In this document: positions 1-13,159 of the stretch, piece by piece
Position numbering within the stretch: the stretch's first letter is position 1
How the letters are laid out: each line of letters begins with the position of its first letter
Assembly (NCBI RefSeq): GCF_001194135.2
Contig: NC_068981.1
Span: 160,480,654-160,544,653, forward strand
Direction of reading: 5' to 3'
DNA from: Octopus bimaculoides
Taxonomy: Eukaryota
DNA: 64,000 nt
Notes under the pieces: generated by a model
What the model saw: only the letters and a program-made list of their open reading frames with translations
The model's database searches: none
Told to the model about the DNA's origin: nothing
Translations under genes and position numbers: made by a program

Positions 1-619
1 GCAATGGAACTGAGTGCAAGACCTCATGGTTTGAAAGCAAGCTTACTAACTACACAGGCATGCCTGTGCCTATATAAATATATTAAAACACATAAGTAGG
101 TTAGAAAATTGGATAGGTGGATAGACAGATGGATGAACACAGAATCTCTTCAATAGCTATGTGACTAGCACACTTTTAGTCAGTTTTTCTCTTGGTTTCA
201 GATATCTACAGCTACTTTATTGACCCTGCAATAGAAAATGTGTGGTACAGATAGGATTTTACTTATTACAAATTTTATATTCATCTCAAGTGTTCCAAAT
301 ACTAAGATAAAGAAGAGAAAGTTAATGACAGAGCCTTGGTGGACACTATCTGAACTTTAACATATTGACTGAATGTTTTGCCTTCACTAATTTTAGTTGT
401 TTCCTTACATCCACACACAGCTTCTCACTAGTCAATTATTTACACCTATATTTTATCGACATTCATTTATCAATAAAAATCCAAAGGAGTGCAGGAGGAT
501 ATTTATTAAAGATTAATGTCAACAATTTCTTACCATATTCATAGTATTTTATGTTCCTCTGGCTGGATAATCTTCAGACGTTGAATCTCACAGAGGTGAC
601 GACAAGTGATTGAGACTTT

Positions 620-855
620 TGGTGATTTGCTGTGCTTGAGAAGACATATCAAGCTAACTACAGAAATTGTAGTTATGGCCAGTGCCAGTGACACATGAAA
701 GACACCCATGCCAGTGACACGCTGGCATTAAGAAGGGATCCAACCATAGAAACCAAGCCAAAACAGACTGGGGCCTGGTGCAGTTCTCCCGCTTACCCGT
801 TCCAGTCAAACTATCTTACCCATGTCAGCATGGAAAGTAGATGCTAAATGATGGC
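620..855 (+). mobile_element. RTE 3'-tail fragment
   Basis: ggtgatttgctgtgcttgagaagac...catgtcagcatggaaagtagatgctaaatgatg, homologous to the 3' end of the 24.2-25.3 kb element. Confidence 0.65.
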
Positions 856-2889
856 GTCATCGATGTTTCCACTTTTCTCCAGTTTCAGCTTTACTTTCTG
901 CCACTTTCACTGCTATTAGTTTTAATTCTCATTTTATTTCACCAACCCTTGTCTTTGTTGGTGTCAAAACAGTGGTTCTATGCCAGTTACAGAGTACAAT
1001 AAAAATGACACAGTTTGTTGGTGTTAAAGAATGGAGTCAACAGATTGATGTTCAAAATATCAAACTTTTCCACTCTTCTTGGCAACCAAACTTACTGACA
1101 CCTTCAAATTCTCTTTGATTTTATTACTGTTGTTGCCAACATACTGTTGCCAATTTCCTTGATTCCTCTATTCTTACTAAATATAATATTTCTCTTTGTC
1201 ATTTAGTTAGTTAAATAATCAAATGTTATCTGTAGAAAATAATCATGTATTTTTAAAATTATTATTATGGTCAGTGAAATGAAAATATTATCTTTATAGT
1301 TTTATGTCCACCTTTCCAGTGACATAACTAGAGTGTGTGCCACTTAAGGTACCCCTTGATTTTGCCTCCCCTTCCCTGTGGGACTCCAAACCTATAGAGG
1401 CTTATACAGAAGACCCACAACTGTCACTCCACCCCACTGAAGCGTCATCTCTCACCTATGCTGCTCCTCTTTCCATGTTGTTATAAATCAGAAAATTTTT
1501 TCTGAGATTGTGTTTTATAGACAGATGCTCTTCTTGTTGCTAGCCCTTTTTACATCACCTCTTAAGATACTCAAGAACATGGTATCCCTGTTTTGAAACT
1601 GTGATACCACATAAGGTAGAAGAGAAAAAGGAAGTTTTTTTTTTGTTTTTTTTTTCGAAGTATCATTTTCTTCATCTGTGATTGAAAGCAATAAATATGT
1701 TTTTATTTGATGATTGTGAACTCTGAAAACAGTCAAATTTATCCCGTCTGTATTTATGGCTGAGATTCTTTCAGGTTTGTTTATCCTTCATCTACCTATA
1801 GTCTCTAAAATATATGCATGTAATAAATGAGTTGGGGTTTAACAATTGGTTTGACTGTGATCCTTTGGAAAAAATCAATATTAATCTTTGTTTTAATAGA
1901 ACCTTCTTGTGAAAGCTATCCCAGTATCAGGACCATTGTATCATGGAACCATTCAACTTCTGATTTATCCTAGCTTGTTATTACTTTTTTTTTTTTTTTT
2001 TTTTTTTTTTCTTCACAAACTATGAGTAAGTTTCTGCTTGATTGCACAAGCTGCCAGATATAGCAACCAAATTTTCCTTAAATTACACTCTACTGCCTTC
2101 AGAAATTTGGTGTCTTAGGTACATTGTCTGCAAAAAAAACCCAGAAAAAATTAAAACGACTGATTAATCGCTGCCAGAATGCCTCTGGTCATTGGCCTGT
2201 CTTCTGCTTGATTGGAGCTATCCTAAGCTAAACAACTAAATTTTTATAATCACGCTTATCTAGCTTAACAAATTATCAAAAGACTACAATAAATTAGTAT
2301 CATAGAAGTATAGATATTGTAGTATGTCTGATCTTTATTAAATATACATTTGATTTATCTTTTGTGTAGAGAAAAACAAACAGAGTTATGTTGTTTCTTT
2401 ACACCCTGTTGACTGTTATTCCTTTCATTGTAGCCATAAGCAGAATAATTACAAATTGCTGCAACTTAGCTTCATTTTCTATCCTCTTCACTCTATTTCC
2501 CCATCTCTCAACAGTTCTTTTCTCTTTCTTGTCAACATCATCATTATCTATCTTATGCTAGTTGTCGTTCCTTTGATCTTTATGGAAGCTAAAATTGACA
2601 GCATATTTCTTTCTTCTTGTCCTTTAGTTTATTTGTTCCATTATTGAATTCTGAGCAACATTTCTTCTCTCCTTCACCGTTGTTCGTCTACTTTATAGCT
2701 GCTTCTCTTTTACTAACTTCCTTATTTAGATGTTTAGAAAACACAAACACACACACACGCTCTCTCTCTCTCTCTCTCTCCCCCTCTATCTATCTCAGAT
2801 ACACACACAACTTATTTTATAAATACCTCATTTCTGCTGATTTAACTTGATTTTCTGAAACAACTACTCTCTTTTTTTACTTATAAAGT

Positions 2890-4330
2890 CTAAAGGAAGG
2901 GGCATAGCCCATGAACTTTGCAGACCCTTCAAGACTGGTGAAGTTGATATTGTTTATGTTCTATTTAAGCTTTGCAGATCAACACTTGCAGGGAAGATAT
3001 GAGCTGGAAAGAGGTTTCACAGGGATAATGTTCAGGGGAGAAAGGACTGGCCATAATGATTAACACAAGGCTAAGTGGGTTGGACATACCAAGAGTAGCA
3101 ACAGGTGGGAAGATGAGTGGAGCAGGGGTACCTGGGTGGTGGAGGTATGAAACTAATCAGCTATGAGGAGCAGGGGCCATTATGGTGACAATAGAAAAGA
3201 CAGAGCAAGCAGTCAATATGCCTGTGACCCAAAGGTTGGTGTGTGTCTGTTGATGATTGAATGCTAATTAATTGAATGGCCCTTCTTTGTTTGTGTAGCA
3301 GCAACACTATCCCAGATATGACAGCAGTATTCTATTGTGGGTTTCACTTGAGTCTCATAGAATATCAGTAGTTGTTAGGGGCTGATATACAATTTTTGGC
3401 TCTTAAGTTTTTTTTTTTTTCGTTCAAAGAAAGAAAGTCGTGACTTCACCAGAGGATGTTCTCAAGGTCTCCATTTATGGAATTGATGCAAGTTTGGCAT
3501 ATGTTTCTGCGTTACATGTTGTAGTGAACTGTCATCATCTGCATAAGAGTGAGCTTTGTAGATATGTTGGCAAGTAGGTCTGTGATGAAAAGAAGAGAGT
3601 TGGGGACAAAACTGAACCATAGGGAACACTAGAGTTGATTGAAAGTAAGACTGAAAGAGCCCCATCAGCACATACCCATTACGGTGCAGTTAGATAAAAA
3701 AAAGTATCAGTGTAAGAGATGAGAGATAGGTGGAGCCCTTAGATGGAAAGTTTCTATTGGAGATTTGCATGCCAGATATAGTTGAAGATTTTGCTCATAT
3801 CTAAGGTGGTACCATTACTTTTTTCAGGCTCCTGTAAAGCAAGAGCTCACTGTTATGTGAATTAAGAGAGTAGGTTTCCAGTGGAGCTAACTCTGCAGAA
3901 GCCATGCTGATGGTCACTGAGGAGAGACAGAAAAACTTAAGGTGTCAGAGAAAGTTATTAGTTACTTTCTTCATTACCCTAGAGAGCCAAAAGACAATTG
4001 TTGGCTGAGTCAGAAGGGTTACCTGTCTTTCAGATGAGACACACTTCCAAATGTCAGAGTATATCCATACAGTGAGTGAGTGATTAAAGAGATTAGTGAT
4101 TATAGGAGCAAGTTCTGGAGTGCAGTGCGTGAGTGTAATGGAGTGGACATTGTTGGAAGTAAATGAAGTTATTTCCTCACTTGGGGAGCCTAGTGGAGTG
4201 GAATGGCATATATTTGGAGGGCATTGGCAAAGGATATATATTGTGGAGTTGGATACAAAAGCAGCCAGCAAAGATGGAGGCTTTCTCCATGTGGGCACTA
4301 ATTACAGAGCCACCATTGTTTAAATGAGGA
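2890..4330 (-). mobile_element. Decayed CR1/L2-group non-LTR retrotransposon, reverse transcriptase and C-terminal region
   Basis: Minus-strand frames give ELAPIITNLFNHSL...WK, SVPYGSVLSPTLF and HSYADDDSSL (RT motifs), interrupted by frameshifts and stops. Confidence 0.85.
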
Positions 4331-4812
4331 GAGAAAGAAGATTCCAGAGTTAACTTCTTACAATTAACTTCTATATATTAAGTGTCTAAATGTTGTAGAT
4401 AATGTCTAAGTATTGTTGATAAGATCATTTAATTTTCAGACTATTAACAAGAAAATTTTTCTCAGTATTGACATCTAGACTATATTTCAATCTTTGATTG
4501 CCATCACTTTTAAATCTACAAATAGACACCAGAGTTCAAACCAATTAAAACGGAGGTTAGATGTAATTATTGAAAAATCTTTCATCTTCAAAGATGTTGT
4601 TAACGGTTTTCTTTTTTTAATTAATTTACTTAAAAATTAAATAAGAATAATATTGATGGAAAAATTGAGTATTTTTATTTGTGTCAGAGATACCCTAATG
4701 TTTTAATGTATATGTAATTATCAAGTTAAAAAGAATTCTTTTTATTTATAAAAAAAAAAGGTATTGTTTTAAAATTTCAGTAATGTTTCAATATCATTTC
4801 ATTTTATTTCAG

Positions 4813-4938
4813 TCTGTTGTCTGTCCTAGCAGATCACATGAATGCTGAAATTGTCTCAGGAACTGTCAATTCAAAACAAGATGCTATGGATTACATCACT
4901 TGGACATATTTTTTCCGTCGACTTGTAATGAATCCCAG
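4813..4938 (+). CDS. ASCC3: Internal coding exon of ASCC3 (activating signal cointegrator 1 complex subunit 3 helicase), C-terminal helicase cassette
   Basis: Flanked by ttttatttcAG and GTAAGT; 126 nt, phase 2/2. Translates to (S)[41 protein letters not shown](S). From memory this matches human ASCC3 [43 protein letters not shown] better than its paralog SNRNP200/Brr2. Confidence 0.93.
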
Positions 4939-6266
4939 GTAAGTAATTATTTTAAACAATTTTTAGTTTCTTTTTAAATTATGAAATACTAGATAATATT
5001 TAGGAAATGTTAAAATTTGATCAAAATTTTTGGCCATGTTTTGTTTTTTGTTTTTGTCTAGCTTAAGCTATTTAACTTCCAGTTTAAATTCTCCATGACA
5101 GATGATCTTTAGTTTATTAGAATTACAGGAGTATATTTCAGTTTAACCTTTTAGCATTTAAACCAGGGTCATTCCATGTCAAATCACCCCTCAGACTCCC
5201 CTAAAAAATATTCATACTAGCTCCTGTACCTATATGATGGAAAAATATCAAGTATTAGATCAATTCCTTTGATGGTTGTGTAATTGTAGGCCTTTATAAT
5301 ATTAATTAATTTTACATTTTTTGGTGAATGAGTCTCTCAGACCAACTTGAGACAGCCATTTTCCCTCTAATATGGCAAGCACAACTTTGAAATCATGTGT
5401 TTGGGGCTAACTTTTTTCTGTAGAGTTCAAATATCTTATCAAATCATGTGTATCTTGTATATTTTTCCATCTACAGGTCTCTGAAAATTGCCAAGAATTA
5501 AACATACAGCAAATGTATGCCTCTTTTAGGTATTTTTATCTCAATAAGTACACTAGATAAAGCAACCACATTATTTTCCCCTGTTATTTAGCATATAGTA
5601 GACCATTTCTGAGCAGTAACCATGTTAGTTACTATTACGGGAGTGTCAGAATAATTTTTTGAAATATGTGTGATTTCAAAATTTCTCAAAAATCGTCCAT
5701 TTTGATGCCCTTGGTTGACCATGTGGCCAGTTCACTATCATTTTTTAAATTTTTCCCATGCATTCTTATATTTCTGAAGATGATGTGACAGAAATTTGGT
5801 TTTGTTGTTGAGCTTCTTTTCAGAGTTGTAAATTTTTAGAAATTCAGTTGTCAGCACTTTGTACACGATCAACTTATTTATAAAGCATGGATATAAAACA
5901 GCATATTATCCATCAGTGGATGTTTATTTATACTATATATATATATGTATAATATTGGTTTCAAATTTTGGCACAAGGCCAACAATTTTGGGGGAGGGGG
6001 TAAGCCGATTACATCAACCCCAGTACTCAACTGGTACTTATTTTATCAACCTGAAAGGATGGAAGGCAAAGTCGAACTCAAAACATAAAGACGGATGATA
6101 TACCGCTGAACATTTTGCCAAGTGTGCTTACGATTCTGCCTGCTTGGCGCCTAAAACTCGGAGTTTTATCATGGCTACAGAATAATTGTCACATATTATT
6201 TTCAGATAAATTCCTCTATTTACATAATATCAAGGTCTCTTTCTTTTGTTGTCTTACCATTTCTAT

Positions 6267-6297
<31 letters not shown>

Positions 6298-7177
6298 NNN
6301 NNNNNNNNNNNNNNNNNNNNNNNNNNNNNNNNNNNNNNNNNNNNNNNNNNNNNNNNNNNNNNNNNNNNNNNNNNNNNNNNNNNNNNNNNNNNNNNNNNNN
6401 NNNNNNNNNNNNNNNNNNNNNNNNNNNNNNNNNNNNNNNNNNNNNNNNNNNNNNNNNNNNNNNNNNNNNNNNNNNNNNNNNNNNNNNNNNNNNNNNNNNN
6501 NNNNNNNNNNNNNNNNNNNNNNNNNNNNNNNNNNNNNNNNNNNNNNNNNNNNNNNNNNNNNNNNNNNNNNNNNNNNNNNNNNNNNNNNNNNNNNNNNNNN
6601 NNNNNNNNNNNNNNNNNNNNNNNNNNNNNNNNNNNNNNNNNNNNNNNNNNNNNNNNNNNNNNNNNNNNNNNNNNNNNNNNNNNNNNNNNNNNNNNNNNNN
6701 NNNNNNNNNNNNNNNNNNNNNNNNNNNNNNNNNNNNNNNNNNNNNNNNNNNNNNNNNNNNNNNNNNNNNNNNNNNNNNNNNNNNNNNNNNNNNNNNNNNN
6801 NNNNNNNNNNNNNNNNNNNNNNNNNNNNNNNNNNNNNNNNNNNNNNNNNNNNNNNNNNNNNNNNNNNNNNNNNNNNNNNNNNNNNNNNNNNNNNNNNNNN
6901 NNNNNNNNNNNNNNNNNNNNNNNNNNNNNNNNNNNNNNNNNNNNNNNNNNNNNNNNNNNNNNNNNNNNNNNNNNNNNNNNNNNNNNNNNNNNNNNNNNNN
7001 NNNNNNNNNNNNNNNNNNNNNNNNNNNNNNNNNNNNNNNNNNNNNNNNNNNNNNNNNNNNNNNNNNNNNNNNNNNNNNNNNNNNNNNNNNNNNNNNNNNN
7101 NNNNNNNNNNNNNNNNNNNNNNNNNNNNNNNNNNNNNNNNNNNNNNNNNNNNNNNNNNNNNNNNNNNNNNNNNNNNN
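6298..7177. other. Assembly gap (880 N); other gaps at 20202-20578 and 23083-23242
   Basis: N runs, each beginning at a (TA)n microsatellite. Confidence 0.98.
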
Positions 7178-7357
7178 GGTGGCACGGAAAAGCACCGACT
7201 ACACTCTCGGAGTGGTTGGCGTTAGGAAGGGCATCCAGCTGTAGAAACTCTGCCAAATCAGCTTGGTGCCTGGTGTAGCCATCTGGTTTCACCAGTCCTC
7301 AGTCAAATCGTCCAACCAATGCTAGCATGGAAAGCAGACGTTAAACGATGATGATGG
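7178..7357 (+). mobile_element. RTE-type 3' tail (LINE end or SINE sharing that tail)
   Basis: gttggcgttaggaagggcatccagc...gcatggaaagcagacgttaaacgatgatgatg. A similar tail lies at ~17420-17575, and its aagggcatctagctgtagaaaa portion recurs near 30720. Confidence 0.7.
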
Positions 7358-7529
7358 TATATATATATATATATTTTTAAATTTATTAATAAGGGTAGAA
7401 ATTGATATTAATCAATTAAAACCAGTAGTCTAGCATATTAAAAAAATTTGAAGATTAAAATTATATTACATACAAAAATAAGAGGAATGACCATGTTGTG
7501 TCACTAAATTTTTATTGAGAACATATTTT

Positions 7530-7820
7530 TCGACCCCAGGATTTATTCTTTGTCAGCCTAGTACTTACTCTATCGGTCTCTTTTGCCAAACCGCTCAGTT
7601 ACAGGGACGTAAGCACACCAGCATCGGTTGTCAAGTGATGTTGGTGGGGGGGACAAACATAGACATAGAAACATATACACACACACATATATACGATAGT
7701 TTTCTTTCAGTTTCCTTAAACCAAATCCACTCACAAGGCTATATAAGACACTTGCCCAAGGTGCCACGCAGTGGGACTGTACCTGGAACCATGTGGTTCG
7801 TAAGCAAGCCACTCCTACGC
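7530..7820 (-). mobile_element. Family A SINE. Other copies lie approximately at 1-70(-), 16830-17150(-), 35540-35715(+), 37430-37580(-), 40200-40575(-), 40790-41120(-), 49960-50150(-), 50843-51240(+), 51808-51965(+), 52340-52570(+), 55900-56250(+) and 57960-58210(-)
   Basis: Shared blocks aaatccactcacaaggct, gacacttgcccaaggtgccac and tagaataagtac recur at these positions. Confidence 0.8.
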
Positions 7821-10570
7821 CTATATATTTATTGAAAAAGAAATGATTCTCTGATTTTTCTGCTCTCACTAACTAGCATTGTCTACTGTACTAAGCTGGT
7901 CGTTTGGCTTTTCAACACTAGACCGGTTTGCAAATTTTCAGCAACTCCTCAGCTGTTTTTTTCAAGGAGTTAATTAGGAAATTGCTACCGACTTTTAATA
8001 TTTGGTTATAAATAACTTTAAATTATCTCAAAATTCCTTGGACGTAATTTCTCTAAAGGGCAGATAAAAGAAACAGTAGAGAGTTATTGCCCTTAGACAA
8101 AGCAGTCGGTTGCCGAATGAACTAAATTAGATGTAATCTTTATCAAAAATAATTTTATACCATTTATATTTGAATCATTTTAAATATGAAACTAGACTCT
8201 TAATTTCATTTAAAACGATATATGTATATGTTTACATTAGCACACCTTTCTGATTAGCAATTATTGGCACTGCAAGCAGGTATCCTGTTATATTTTAACA
8301 CGAATATCAAAGAATCTTACAGATCAAAATTGACTCTACAAGCCTTTATCTAGAATTCCTGAAAGTTGAATTGAGAGCCAGAAACTAATTTGGTTAATCT
8401 GAGTAACTAAGAATTTAGTATGGCCATTATATATTCAAACAAATTGTGTAAAACTTCATGTATGATAATGTGCTTAAAACATTTGATATTACTTTAAGCA
8501 CTCCAATTGGAGTTTTGATTTTATACAATATTCAATTTGGACTTTTCTGCTCCACCCCCAATTAGTTTCTCATGTTGATGTCATCCAAGCCTACTTTGTA
8601 GCTTCGTACTAGTTCCATCCCTATAGTCTGTATGTTATTCCTTCCAACATCTAAATTATAGTGTTTAAAAAAAAATTTGTCATAGTACATTGCTCGGCTG
8701 AAACTGGCTCTGTAATACAAATGTCTTGTTTGCATAAGTTTTGAATTAAAATCTTCCACCAAACCTTAGTCACAATTTATGTTCCTAAAACTAAGCTGAA
8801 TGATAATTAAGTTATTTTACTAAATTCTTTGTTATATTTAAAATTAATTGAAATAAATACAGTAACAAAAGGGTTAACATTCCTTTACCTGCCTGTGTAA
8901 GACTGCCACCTGTTTTGCAATATATAAAGTGTAAACTGGTGTTAAGTACCGAATTGAATTTTGCTTTGTATATTCCTTCATATGTAACATTCACATCTTG
9001 TTGATGTGGATGTTATGAAAAGCTTCACTTTTCTTTTATTCTTTACGTTACAAAATATAAACATAACAAGAGTAGAAATATTTGGAGAATTTTATTTATA
9101 AAAGTGCAAAAATAGGTATTTTTAAATATGTTCCAGTAATTGATATAAACTAAAAAATAAATAAACTTTACAATTGACAAAAGAAATTCAACTGATTTTT
9201 TTGAAGAGATCCCCAAATATTTGAATCTTAAACATATAATAGTGTGACATGAAGGAAAAAATGAAAAAGATATTAAATATTGCCACTATCCCATCAAATT
9301 GTTTTTTTTTTACAAAAAAAAAAAAATTCTACATAATATTCAGTTTCTTATTAAGTTGTAATCTGAATACAAAATCAAATTCATAAATTAGTACAAAAGT
9401 TTCTAAGAAGAGAAAGTTAGAAAAGGCTAGTAATTGTCACTAGCCTTTTTACCAGTCTTGAAAAGTGTACATTACTTAATAAGGGATGGGGAAATGCAAA
9501 TAAAAAGGGATATGTCCTAGCTGATAAGCCTAAAGCAGCAGAACAGTTGATCAAAGTACTCGTCAATCCCTTAAGCCAAACTCAAGCAGATGATGATATG
9601 AAGTGGAATGCCACTTATGAAGAAATATCACAGATACACAACTGTTAATGGATTTGGGATTGCAGGTTTAGAGGACAGAAATTTTGACAAATAAATCTAA
9701 TTAAGACAAAGAAACGACAATAAAGAGGATGACAAATGTCCAGATACTTGAATACTGTTAGTATTTTGTTTCAAGTTTTCTGTGAATAAAAATGACTAGG
9801 TTCACTCACAAAATTCCACCGCTAATGATAGCTTTTGAAAAAAAGAAAGAAAATGGGGGGGGGAAAAAAAGGGAGAGTTTCAATATTAATGTTCTATTAT
9901 ATACAAGAATGTCTTCTCTATCTCCCATCCGAACCCACAGAAACAGTATACAAAATTTTGGAAAAGAAAAAAAAAAACAGTATAAATACAAACACATTAC
10001 AAAATATAAAATGAATTAGTATAAACATCAAAGAGCAAGAATAAATATAGTTGTATGAAGACAGTTGTTGAACATTCCCCATGCTTGACAGTCCTCATCA
10101 CAACCATGTTGCCTCTTTCATACAGATTTACTGTCATGGAATCTTTGTCATAGCCAACAACTGAAATAAATCCTTGGCTGTCACAGTCAACATCCTTCTG
10201 TATTAAAAATCTGTTTAATGAAAGTATCTTCACCTTCACACCAGCTTTTTGTCAAAGATGTTTTTACCACTTTACACCAACTCAATTCCTTCAGGTCTTT
10301 AACTGCCTGACTCTTTTGTCAGATCAATCATAGTTGTTTCATACCTTCATGGCATGTTAACTACCATTTCGTATCAGCTGAAATTTTTTTTTCATTCATT
10401 CATTCATTCTCAATTGCTTCAGTTTTTCACCAGCAAATTTCCCTTGAAGCCAGTTCATTTTTTCCATGTTATCTTACATGTCCAACAGATCCAAGGCATT
10501 TATTACAGTTTGATATTTCAAAGTTCATTACTTGGCCATATAAATAGCCTATGTGCCATATTTTTCAGTC

Positions 10571-10681
10571 TTAAATTTCTATATTTGATAGATTGCTAAG
10601 AGTTTGATTATGGCTTGCATTCTTTCGATCCTGATTTTGTACAATGAAATTGCTGTAGACTTTTTGTCGTTTCTTTTTAAT
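10571..10681 (-). CDS. Nested gene coding exon 6: cytoplasmic tail and stop
   Basis: ctttttattttcAG| phase 0, IKKKRQKVYSNFIVQNQDRKNASHNQTLSNLSNIEI*. The basic cluster follows the TM directly (positive-inside rule). This is the first strong in-phase acceptor I found after exon 5. Confidence 0.75.
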   Translation of the reverse strand: MKKKRQKVYSNFIVQNQDRKNASHNQTLSNLSNIEI

Positions 10682-10949
10682 CTGAAAATAAAAAGTTAAA
10701 AAACATGAACTGGCAGGAAAGAAACGCCACTGATACATACAAATACTCTTACAGTACTAGTTTTGTTTCCTTCATAAACAAATCCATCTTAGAGTGGTGT
10801 GGTAGTTAGTTTCTTATATAAACATACTTTTCCATGCTTACATGAATTGTAGAAAATATACATTGGTGTGGGATCACACCCTTGATGGAAATGGCCCAGC
10901 TCAGTATGTAGGAAAAGTGCAGTTAGAAATTATGGGTCATAATTATGCA

Positions 10950-12210
10950 GAGAATATGTGAAGACTAGAAAAAATTAAACTAGGATGCTCCACTGAATGT
11001 GCAATGTCAGTATGCATTTACAACACAATCAAATGTAGTGTTCAAGAAAGAAGACTGTACTGGTATGGTCATGTGATGAGCATGGATGAGGACAGCTCTA
11101 TAAAGAAATGCTGATCAGTAAATGTGGGTGAAACATGAAAAAGAGGGAGAGCAGGAAGACACGGGACAAAAGTAGTGAAGACTGATCTCAAAATGTTGAA
11201 CCTCACAGGAAATGCTTGACAATTTGCTGTTCATCTTATTGAAAGTGAGGCCCTAAAAATCATTGTCTATACATTCACTGGGCCCTATTCTCAGTTTGTC
11301 CCCATCAAGCCTTCCTCATCTTCCTAATACCCATCCATCCATAGCACTGTCCAACTGCTGTAACCGGGTGAGTATAAGCCGCACGTAATTCATCTCTACT
11401 TTGTACTACCAGTTACCTCCCTTCTTCCTGGAACCACTTCCTTTTACAATCCATCCCTCATTCTGAATATCATCTCTTCCCCCCTTCATTTTCCACACCT
11501 CACTTATCTTGCCGTACCTCATCTTATCTGCTATCATTCTCGACACCCTCTCATATTTGCTGTCAACTTACCAACCCCTATAGTCATCTAAATACCCCTG
11601 ACATCCCTCCATGTCACCCCACCTTGCACATCATCTTCCTATTTTGTAATCTATCTACAGGTATAGTTTACTACCACCTTCCACCTCTTTCCTGAACCAC
11701 TATTTTTTTTTACATACTCCATTCACCACCTCTCTCTAACCATCTATTGCTCTCCTTTAATGAACTCATCCACCCACCTTTCCCAATCCTTTGTATTATA
11801 TACAGTGCTTGTATTTTGAGAGTACATTGACACTTCGTCACTTCTTTCCAGCTACTCTTATCTATTGTTATATAATACAGGGCAGCCATGTGTCTCCTCT
11901 ATAGCACTTGGGCCTGTCCCTCTATCATACTTTAACTGCAATACCTGGCATAAAGCAACCTTTCTCTCTACAACCCCATTCAGCTGAGTGGGGGGGGGGT
12001 TGTGTATTACTTGGTGACTTGACTTGTGCCACTGTTACAAAAAAAGCACCCAGTATACTCTATAAAGTGGATGGTATTAAAAAGTGTATCCAGTTGTGGA
12101 AACCATGCCCAAACAGATACTGGAGCTCAGCAGTCTTGACTCACTGGATCCTGTCAAACTACCCAACACATGCCAGCATGGAACACCAACATTAAATGAT
12201 GACGATTTTA
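10950..12210 (+). mobile_element. RTE LINE remnant with a long pyrimidine-rich segment and RTE-type tail, inside the last intron of the nested gene
   Basis: tggtatggtcatgtgatgagcatggatgaggacagc is homologous to the 24.8 kb copy. Tail is ccaacacatgccagcatggaacaccaacattaaatgatgac. Confidence 0.7.
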
Positions 12211-12649
12211 GTGCTTTTCTCTCATTCCTAACAAGACTATTATGTGTGTTGTGTGAACAAAAGTGGATTGAGAGAAACTGCATGGAAGCTCATTGTATAT
12301 ACAATTCGAAAAGGTCTGACTGTCACATTAATTCTACTTGAAAACTTACATCAAGTACATATGGCTGTGGATACTCAGCTACTTACATGTTAATTCAATG
12401 AATGTGGTAGTTCATTTATTCAACAACTAAGTATTGATTTCATATTTTGGCACAAGGCCAGTAATCTCAGAGGAGCAGTTAAGTTGATTACATCGACCCC
12501 AATGCTCAACTGATACTTTATCAACCCCGAAGGGATAAAAGACAAAATACCACTAAGCATTTTGCCTGGTGTGCTGACAATTCTGCCAGCTTGGCACCTT
12601 AAAAACAACTAAAATATTAATGCTTAGAAATTTTGACCAAGATCCATTT

Positions 12650-12692
<43 letters not shown>

Positions 12693-12722
12693 CAACTATT
12701 ACTGATTGAAAAGTATACTTAC

Positions 12723-12802
12723 TTGTATTTTGAATACCAGGAATATAAGGAATGTAATTAAAATAAAGAGAAGTGTGCCTATAACACCAGCTGTTGCAGC
12801 AA
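12723..12802 (-). CDS. Nested gene coding exon 5: transmembrane helix
   Basis: tctttttctttctaacAG|...|GTAAGT, 80 nt, phase 1/0. Translates to (V)AATAGVIGTLLFILITFLIFLVFKIQ. Confidence 0.88.
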
Positions 12803-12967
12803 CTGTTAGAAAGAAAAAGAAAATATAATTAACCCACTGAATTTGAATTCTTTTAATATTATTAATTGCTATTCTACATAAACATTCTTGATATTGATCT
12901 TCAGTGTTCAAACTTTTATTTTATTTTTTTTTTATTAAAAATTTCAAAAAGAAGAATGGATATTTAC

Positions 12968-13159
12968 CGAAAATAACCGAATTGTTTACTTGCGGCTTTG
13001 GATCACTTTGATAGTGTTGATAGTTTTTAACAGTTGGATTTTCTGCTACTTTGGTGTTGCGTTCTGATGCTATTAACTTAGGGCTGACAGGTCTCTCTGT
13101 TGTAGGATATTTTTTAGTTGGTTCTTTTGGAACTGGTGTACTTGCTAGTGGGGGGATAG
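12968..13159 (-). CDS. Nested gene coding exon 4: Pro/Thr/Ser/Lys-rich stalk
   Basis: ttatttcaaatAG|...|GTAAAT, 192 nt, phase 1/1, in frame. Translates to (A)IPPLASTPVPKEPTKKYPTTERPVSPK...NNSVIF. Confidence 0.82.

Noticed and set aside
6115-7292. Long ORFs of 300-390 aa (also 19967-20710 and 22906-23461)
   Set aside because: They are open only because they run through N gaps and (TA)n repeats.
9997-10263. Minus-strand 89-codon open frame with an NHL-like-looking DVDCDSQGFISVVGY
   Set aside because: Bounded upstream by a stop at 10264-10266, with no ATG start or good acceptor. It lies in the probable 3'UTR, and the resemblance is too short to support.
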